Source: Armatimonadota bacterium (lineage in GTDB: Bacteria; Armatimonadota; SYMT01). Taken from it: 64,000 nt of DNA. The DNA is taken from positions 33,662-97,661 of the forward strand of contig JBKBRF010000025.1 in the NCBI GenBank assembly GCA_046292385.1, in the 5' to 3' direction. Of the stretch, positions 57,694 through 64,000 are shown one piece after another. Position 1 is the first letter of the stretch. Every line of letters begins with the position of its first letter. Under the pieces are notes generated by a model that did not search any database, was not told the origin of the DNA, and saw only the letters and a program-made list of their open reading frames with translations. A program made the position numbers and the translations under genes.

Positions 57694-57789
57694 GGTTTCA
57701 GGTTGCATGTTCCAGGTTTCAGGTTCCGAACCCCTTCCACGGAGGGCGAGCCTGAAACCTGTTAACTTGCCAACGTGCAACCTGCTAAC
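57694..57789. repeat. 7-8-mer periodic repeat hairpin, same family as 14971-15050
   Basis: GGTTTCA GGTTGCA TGTTCCA GGTTTCA GGTTCCG ... AACCTGTT AACTTGCC AACGTGC AACCTGCT; a short relative lies at 57121-57155. Confidence 0.82.
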
Positions 57790-57810
57790 GCGGCCAACCC
57801 ACTCCCCCAC

Positions 57811-58956
57811 TCAGTTGAGTCGCTTGAGCGCGGGGGCGGGGCGGCCAAAGAGCAGCATGCTCAGGTGGAGCCGCTCCGCGAGCTGCGAGATCAGGAGCGA
57901 GATCCCGAAGGCGGAGGCCGCCACCAGCATCACTGTGAAGTGGAAGCGCGTGGTGCTCCCGGAGAAGGTGGCGGAGGCCCAGAGGTAGAGCACCATCGGG
58001 TGCACCAGGTAGACCTGCATCGACTGCGTCCCCATCCACTGGAGCGCCCCACCGAGCCGGGGCATGGTCCGCGCGATGTAGCGGCAGAAGGTAAGTAGGC
58101 AGAACGAGGTGCCGAGGGTGAAGGCCCAGTAGGAGTAGTGCAGCAGCTCCGAGTGGACCCGCACGTGGTGCAGCTCTTTGTACGACTCGGGCAGGTAGAA
58201 GGTCCAACCGCCCACCATCATCAGCACCGCCACCCTCTTGAGCCAGCGGTTCCAGAGGGTGGGCCATTCATCCAGGTGCACGCCGACCCAGGCCCCCGTC
58301 ACCACCGGGATCAGGTGCCAGATGAGCGCGGTGCCGGGATAAGGCAGCCGGAAGGTCATCCCCGGCCACAGCTCTCGCCCGTGAAAGTAGTGGATCGCGG
58401 CCTGCGCGGCGAGCGTGAGCACCAGGACCGGTGCCAGCCCGATGCGGATGCGCATGAAGAGCCGCATCAGCAGCGGGAAGACCAGGTAGAGCTGCAGCGC
58501 CAGGGAGAGGAAGTAGAGGTGGTCCCACGCCTTTCCCCAGAGCAGCCAGTGGAAGATCCGCTCCGGCTCCAGTAGGTTGTGCCACTGCAGGTCGTTCCGG
58601 CCCACGAGCACCCGGTAAGCGCCGTAGAGCGCGGTCCAGACCACGTACGGCCAGAGCGTCTGCTGCGCCCGCCGGGTGAAGAAGTCTTTCCAGCTCTTTC
58701 CCTTGCCCAGCATGGTCCGGGTAAGGAGCACCCCCATGATGAACAGGAAGGCCGGCACGGCGAAGTGGAGCGTGCGGTTCAGCACCACGTAGGCGTCGTG
58801 GGAGATCGTCCCCAGGCCGGTGCGGATCAGCGCGAACGAGCTGGTGTGGTGGATCACCACCTCCAGGATCGCCAGCCCCCGGAAGATATCGAGCGAGGTG
58901 TCTCGCGCGCGCTTCTTCTCCGGCGCTGCTGCGCTGCCGGACTCGGTTTGACTCAT
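57811..58956 (-). CDS. Acyltransferase family 3 (membrane O-acyltransferase)
   Basis: LDIFRGLAIL.VVIHH, FAVPAF, HLYFL...QLYLVFP, S..VYLVHP. Confidence 0.9.
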   Translation of the reverse strand: MSQTESGSAAAPEKKRARDTSLDIFRGLAILEVVIHHTSSFALIRTGLGTISHDAYVVLNRTLHFAVPAFLFIMGVLLTRTMLGKGKSWKDFFTRRAQQTLWPYVVWTALYGAYRVLVGRNDLQWHNLLEPERIFHWLLWGKAWDHLYFLSLALQLYLVFPLLMRLFMRIRIGLAPVLVLTLAAQAAIHYFHGRELWPGMTFRLPYPGTALIWHLIPVVTGAWVGVHLDEWPTLWNRWLKRVAVLMMVGGWTFYLPESYKELHHVRVHSELLHYSYWAFTLGTSFCLLTFCRYIARTMPRLGGALQWMGTQSMQVYLVHPMVLYLWASATFSGSTTRFHFTVMLVAASAFGISLLISQLAERLHLSMLLFGRPAPALKRLN

Positions 58957-59094
58957 CCGCTCCTGCCTCCGCTCCTCGCCAGGAGCCGACTTCCGCTCAG
59001 TTACTCGGTCGGACGGCGCCCCCCGGAACTCCAACCACGCGCCCGGATTGAGCCCCGTTTCCTGAGGGAATGGCTCAGTGGAGGGAGGAATCCG

Positions 59095-60669
59095 ATGATA
59101 GATACGCGTTCTACACTCAAATGGTGTCTGCTCGCGCTCGCCGTTCCGCTGGCGGGCTGCGCGCAGAACGCCGAGATGGCCCCGGCCGAACAGGCAAATC
59201 AAGGCCCGTTCACGCTCCGCTACCAGTTAACGGGGATGGACAACGGCCAGTACACGGTGCGGCTGAACGGCAGCACCGATACCCAGTTCCAGCGCACCGA
59301 CACCGGCACCGCGAGCCCGCAGCAGGTCCGCGCGGAGTTCCGGACCGACATGCGGGTGCAGCAGAGCGTCGATGCGATGAACGCCGCTGCCCCCGGAATG
59401 ACCCCCGGAGTGGACACCACCACGCCGGGCACGACGACACCGGCTCCGGCGAACTCTCCCGGAGCTCTCAACGTACCCGAACAGCATGGCAACGTTCCCG
59501 GCACCGCGGTCCGGCCGGGCGACACCATGTTGAATGCTCCGGATACCACCCCCGGAACCCTGAATGCGCCGGTCGGCAACACGCCGGGGACCACGACCAC
59601 TGACGACCTGCAGCCGGACACGACGACCACGGACCAGGCGCCCATGCCGGCCGAGCAGACTGCCACGCTGCGGCAGGAGATCGTCCAGTGGGATCTTCAG
59701 GTGCGGCTGCCGGAGCGGCAGGGTCCCAACGAGTTCACCGCGGCCTACCGAGACGGCAACATGACGGCGCAGGCCTCAGGCGTCAACGTGCCGGTGCCGG
59801 AGCGCTACCGAGCCCAGATCGAGTCCGCGCTGGAGCAGCCAGTGATCGCCACCGTCACCAACACCGGCAAGGTGCTGAGCGTGGAGTGGCCCGCCTCCGA
59901 CCAGTTCGCCTCGATGATGAACCCGGCCGCCCAACCGGACGAAGGTCCGCGGCAGATGCGATTGGCCGGCGGAGCCACCGGCGCGCTGAGCCTGTGGTTC
60001 GGCATGATCCACCTGCCGGAGCAGGCGGTGAGCGTGGGCGAGAGCTGGAAGGCGACCGACCGGTTCCCGCTGCGCACGCGCTCCGGCGGCACGGAGCGGA
60101 TGCTGGCGCGTGAGGCGAGTTACATCCTGCGCCGCGTCGAAGACAGCCCGAACGGGAAGCTGGCGGCGATTGACGTGCAGGAAGAGCTGCGAGTGCTCCG
60201 CAGCGGCGCGAATGCAGTGCCGGACACGACCACCGGCACCACGGAGACGACCCCCGGCAGCGCCACCTCCCAGGTGCAGGTGAACGACGCCGACCTGGTG
60301 CAGACCCGCACCGGTACGGTCTACTTCAACATCGACAAGGGCTACCTGGAGCGCGGTGAGGAGAAGTTCACCGTGACCTGGGATACCCAGGTCGATCCGG
60401 CGCAGGCCAACGCGAATGTGAACACCACGAGCACCAAGGGAACCGCGGAAGGCACGCTCAACATCGAGCGCGTCGCCGAGGGTGCGACGACCGGCGTGAC
60501 CGGCAGCACTGGCACGACCACCGACAACACCGGCAGCACGGGGGTGACCGGTAACACCGGCACGACCGGCACGACCGGCACGACCGGCACGACGACCACC
60601 ACGACGCCTCCGGCCGCGCCCGGGGCGCCGACCGGCACCGTGCGTGAGCAGGTTCCGGCTACCCGGTAA
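59095..60669 (+). CDS. Lipoprotein with Thr/Gly/Pro-rich low-complexity insertions
   Basis: GGAGG RBS, lipobox LAGC; LPEQAVSVGESW and GTVYFNIDKG beta-domain motifs; (ACCGGCACG)x4 at 60556-60591. Confidence 0.85.
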   Translation: MIDTRSTLKWCLLALAVPLAGCAQNAEMAPAEQANQGPFTLRYQLTGMDNGQYTVRLNGSTDTQFQRTDTGTASPQQVRAEFRTDMRVQQSVDAMNAAAPGMTPGVDTTTPGTTTPAPANSPGALNVPEQHGNVPGTAVRPGDTMLNAPDTTPGTLNAPVGNTPGTTTTDDLQPDTTTTDQAPMPAEQTATLRQEIVQWDLQVRLPERQGPNEFTAAYRDGNMTAQASGVNVPVPERYRAQIESALEQPVIATVTNTGKVLSVEWPASDQFASMMNPAAQPDEGPRQMRLAGGATGALSLWFGMIHLPEQAVSVGESWKATDRFPLRTRSGGTERMLAREASYILRRVEDSPNGKLAAIDVQEELRVLRSGANAVPDTTTGTTETTPGSATSQVQVNDADLVQTRTGTVYFNIDKGYLERGEEKFTVTWDTQVDPAQANANVNTTSTKGTAEGTLNIERVAEGATTGVTGSTGTTTDNTGSTGVTGNTGTTGTTGTTGTTTTTTPPAAPGAPTGTVREQVPATR

Positions 60670-60702
60670 CTACCCGCCAGGTTAGCATCCATCCACGCGA
60701 GA

Positions 60703-60733
60703 ACGGGCCGGGAGAGGTGCTCTCCCGGCCCGT
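60703..60733. terminator. Hairpin between convergent genes
   Basis: ACGGGCCGGGAGAG-gtg-CTCTCCCGGCCCGT. Confidence 0.7.
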
Positions 60734-60759
60734 ATCTCGACTCTACCTGGACGGACTGT

Positions 60760-61449
60760 CTAGAAGATGCCGCGAGGCCGCAGGACGGCGCGCACCTTCT
60801 TCTGCTTGCCCGGCTTCACCTTCGTCTGCAGCAGGGTGCCGGTCAGCCTGGGGTTGAACGCCCGCACCGCGATCGAGGTCGCCGGCACGTTCGGGAACTT
60901 CAACACGCGAACGCCGTTCACGGCCATATTGGTGGCGACCACGTCGCTGCCGATCTCGAGATTGACCTGCGTGCCTTCGAGCTGGCGCCGCACCGACTTA
61001 TTACCGGTTACCACCACGCGCATGCTGCCGTAGCGATAGTCGCGAACGTTGAGCTGCCCCTCGGTCAGACCGCTGATCGGATCGTTCCAGTTGATGGCGA
61101 TCGGGTGGTGGATCTGCAGCGCCGCGGCGCTGTCGACCGCGAAGCTGTCCAGCCCGGCAAGCTGGTAGCGGCCTTCGGCGTCGGTGCGGGTCTCCAGCGG
61201 CTCGCCGTCCACGTCGAGGATCGGGTTGCCGTCCAGGTCGACCAGCCGCACGGTCGCCTCCACCAGCGGGCGGCGGTTCGACTGCCGGACCGTGCCTTCC
61301 AGCGACGCCAGCGGCTCTTCGAGCTCTCCCTGGCTGCGCGGACCGGCCGCAGCCGCTACCGTGGAGGCGGTCAGCAGCGCGGCGCCCAGCGCGAGGAGCC
61401 GCAGGTAAGGAGAGCGTGAGGATAGCAGTTTGGGGAACGACGAAGTCAC
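60760..61449 (-). CDS. Secreted carboxypeptidase-regulatory-like domain protein
   Basis: GGAG RBS, signal peptide; LEGTV...PL..ATVRL...TRTDAEGRY.L.GL. Confidence 0.72.
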   Translation of the reverse strand: MTSSFPKLLSSRSPYLRLLALGAALLTASTVAAAAGPRSQGELEEPLASLEGTVRQSNRRPLVEATVRLVDLDGNPILDVDGEPLETRTDAEGRYQLAGLDSFAVDSAAALQIHHPIAINWNDPISGLTEGQLNVRDYRYGSMRVVVTGNKSVRRQLEGTQVNLEIGSDVVATNMAVNGVRVLKFPNVPATSIAVRAFNPRLTGTLLQTKVKPGKQKKVRAVLRPRGIF

Positions 61450-61823
61450 AGGCTCCCTCCGAATAGATGTTTTCGTGTACCGGCCGGGCCGGAGGCGTTC
61501 AGCGAGGGCGGGTGCGCGAGGAGTCTACAAACGGTGTTTGGCGGAGGCGCGCGCCGGATGAGGCGGTCCCCAACTGGAGTTTTCGCGTCTATCGCAAGAA
61601 GTCCTCCTCTGTTACGCCGGATTGGCTGCCTGGTCCTCTCGCGACCGTCCGTCCTCCTCCCTACAGGGTGGGCGCGCGCAGGGCCGGGACGCGTTCCGTC
61701 GCCGCTCCACCGCCCGATCGCTCCCTTAGTGCAACGGAAGGATGAGGTCACCCTACAGGTGGGGCAGACAACAGCAACAATGAGATAGGCGACGAACGTA
61801 TAAGCACTCTGGAGCGGAACCCG

Positions 61824-63053
61824 ATGTTGACCGAGCCCCTCGAGACAGCACAGACCCGGCGCACGCAGGCGCCGGAGCGGCTTGCGTGTCTGGTCGACGT
61901 CGCCGGGACGATCAACTCCACCCTGGAATTGAACGAGGTCCTGGAGCGGATCCTCTGCCAGGCGCGGTCGATCCTGGCCGCCGAAAGCGGCTCGATCATG
62001 CTGCTGGCGGAGACTCGCGAGGAGCTGAAGGTGCTGGCCGCCCAGGGCCCGCGGGCGCGGGAGATCTACGGGCGCACCCAGCGGCTGGGCGAAGGAATCG
62101 CGGGGTGGGTGGCGGAGCACGGCACGCCGCTGCTGCTCCACGGCTCCGCTCGAGACCCGCGCTTCCACCCGGTGGCCGAGCGTCACGACATCCGGGACGC
62201 GCTCTGCGTGCCGCTGCGAGCGGATCAGGAAGTCCTCGGCGTCCTCTGCGTGAACAACCCCGTGCACGAGAACTCGTTCGAAGAAGAGGACCTGAGCCTG
62301 CTGACCGCGCTGGCGCACCAGGCGGCCCTCGCGCTCCGCAACGCCTCCGCTTACCAGCAGATGCGCCGGCACCGCGCGCACGTGGAGCGGCTGCTGCGAG
62401 AGGTGACGCGGGCGCAGGAAGAAGAGCGCCGCCGGATCTCCCTGGAGATCCACGACGGCCCGGCGCAGACGATGTACGCGGCGCTGCGGGGGGTAGAGGC
62501 GGCCCGAGCCCTGGCGGCGCACGACCCCGCCCGGGCCGCCGCGGAGCTCGACGCGCTGGAGAGCACCGTCCGCCGCGCGATCGACGAGACCCGCGCCGTA
62601 ATGATCGGGCTGCGCCCCCCGTGCCTGGACGACATGGGCCTGCTCTGCGCGCTGCGGAGCTTTGCCCGCCAGTTGGAGCAGCGCAGCGGGCTGCGCGTGC
62701 GCGTGCTGCACGACGGCAGCGGTCAGCGGCTCGGCTCCGGCGTGGAGTCCGCCCTCTTTCGAATTGCGCAGGAAGCGCTTACCAATGTCTGGAAACACGC
62801 CCGCGCGGAGCAGGTGGAGGTCCGTCTCACGGTCACTCCGGAGAGCTGCGCGCTGGAGGTGACGGACGACGGCCGCGGCTTCGATCCGGCGGCCGCTGAA
62901 GCAAGAGCGAGCCAACACCTCGGCATGAGCTCCCTGCGCGACCGCGCGGAGCTGCTCGGGGGCCACCTGGAGATTCTTTCCTCTCCAGGCAACGGTACTA
63001 CGGTCCGCGTTACTGCCCCCGCGGCAGAAGGTGAAAGTGGAGGCTTACCGTGA
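61824..63053 (+). CDS. Cytoplasmic GAF-domain sensor histidine kinase (HisKA_3)
   Basis: GEGIAGWVA GAF, EEERRRISLEIHD, RIAQEALTNV.KH, DDGRGF, GNGT. Confidence 0.93.
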   Translation: MLTEPLETAQTRRTQAPERLACLVDVAGTINSTLELNEVLERILCQARSILAAESGSIMLLAETREELKVLAAQGPRAREIYGRTQRLGEGIAGWVAEHGTPLLLHGSARDPRFHPVAERHDIRDALCVPLRADQEVLGVLCVNNPVHENSFEEEDLSLLTALAHQAALALRNASAYQQMRRHRAHVERLLREVTRAQEEERRRISLEIHDGPAQTMYAALRGVEAARALAAHDPARAAAELDALESTVRRAIDETRAVMIGLRPPCLDDMGLLCALRSFARQLEQRSGLRVRVLHDGSGQRLGSGVESALFRIAQEALTNVWKHARAEQVEVRLTVTPESCALEVTDDGRGFDPAAAEARASQHLGMSSLRDRAELLGGHLEILSSPGNGTTVRVTAPAAEGESGGLP

Positions 63054-63721
63054 TTCGCGTTGTCGTCGCGGATGACCATCAACTCGTAAGAGAAGGTCTC
63101 GTCCGGCTGCTCAGCATCGAGCCGGACTTCGAAGTAGTAGGGATCGCGTCCGACGGCGAAGAGGCCGTGGCCCAGGTGGAGCGCCTCCGGCCCGACGTGG
63201 CACTGGTCGACGTGCGGATGCCCGGCATCGGCGGCATCGGCGCCACCCGGCAGATCGCCGCCAGCATGCCGGAAGTGGCCGTGGTCCTGTTGACGATGCA
63301 CGACGAAGACGACTTCGTCTTCGAAGGCATCGGCGCCGGCGCCCGCGCCTATCTCCTGAAGGACTGCAGCCACCAGGAGCTGCTCGGCACGCTGCGCGAG
63401 GTCGCCGCGGGCGGCGCCTACCTGCCGGCGGGGCTGCTCCGCAAGCTCTTCGGCGAGTTCCAGACCCTGCGCCGCCACCGCGCGCCGGGACCGCAGTCGT
63501 CCTGCGACGTCCTCTCCCGCCGCGAGCGGGACGTGCTGGAGTGGGTGGTGCGCGGCTACAGCAACAAGCAGATCGCCCGCCAGCTCTGTATCGACGAGAC
63601 GACGGTAAAGACCCACCTGCACCGGATCTTCGAGAAGCTGGACGTGCGGGACCGCACCCAGGCGGCGATCTTCGCGCTGCAGCAGGGCTGGTTCGCCACC
63701 ACCGGCGTCCAGGCGGGGTAG
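63050..63721 (+). CDS. NarL/LuxR family response regulator
   Basis: ADDHQLVREG, DVRMP, LSRRERDVL, SNKQIA, TVKTH. Confidence 0.95.
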   Translation: MIRVVVADDHQLVREGLVRLLSIEPDFEVVGIASDGEEAVAQVERLRPDVALVDVRMPGIGGIGATRQIAASMPEVAVVLLTMHDEDDFVFEGIGAGARAYLLKDCSHQELLGTLREVAAGGAYLPAGLLRKLFGEFQTLRRHRAPGPQSSCDVLSRRERDVLEWVVRGYSNKQIARQLCIDETTVKTHLHRIFEKLDVRDRTQAAIFALQQGWFATTGVQAG

Positions 63722-63747
63722 GTCGGGCCCGATTCCTTACTAAGCAG

Positions 63748-63783
63748 AGAAGGGGAAGCCGTCGCGGCTTCCCCTTCTTTCTT
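63748..63783 (+). terminator. Intrinsic terminator
   Basis: AGAAGGGGAAGCC-gtcgc-GGCTTCCCCTTCTTT. Confidence 0.82.
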
Positions 63784-64000
63784 CGACCCGACTGCGCTGA
63801 AGTTCACCCGAGGCTGGGGTGGCGCGCGCCTGCACTCCGTTCTCAATAAACTCCCTCCGCAAGCCGCTCCCATGGATCGGCGTTAGCCCAAGTTCCGCAG
63901 TTTGTAAGAAAGATTCAGCCTCGCGGTGGCTGCGAAGCATCAAGCGAGGCTGAATCTTTCCACTACACTTCGTACATCGGCATGGTTTCTGGCAGGTGCA

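Overview
High-GC (by eye ~70%) bacterial chromosomal window; the gene mix tentatively suggests Armatimonadota or a similar lineage, which the sequence alone cannot prove. It holds secreted hydrolases (M23 peptidase, GH2, GalM, DUF1593, S8 protease), two 'planctomycete-type' cytochrome/partner pairs (DUF1549/DUF1553+DUF1501 and DUF1592+DUF1552), housekeeping genes (infC, glmU, prs, pth, lspA, lgt), hicB-hicA, two alternative sigma factors, an FHA-PP2C-kinase triad, larE with a cysteine desulfurase and a LarA-like gene, an orphan hcp, a lower-GC block of unknown secreted proteins, two MFS transporters and a GAF kinase/NarL pair. No rRNA, tRNA, CRISPR array, transposase or integrase was seen. The most interesting signals are non-coding. 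(1) A ~310-330 nt intergenic element occurs in two clear copies (13246-13555 and 28366-28695), plus a probable degenerate third, with conserved purine-rich linkers and several helices showing compensatory changes; I do not recognise it as a known RNA family. (2) A four-helix-bundle (IVP/Avd-like) gene is bracketed by a perfect 24-bp inverted repeat built of TAGGGTN heptamers, starting exactly at the upstream stop codon; related cargo-less periodic-repeat hairpins are scattered through the window.
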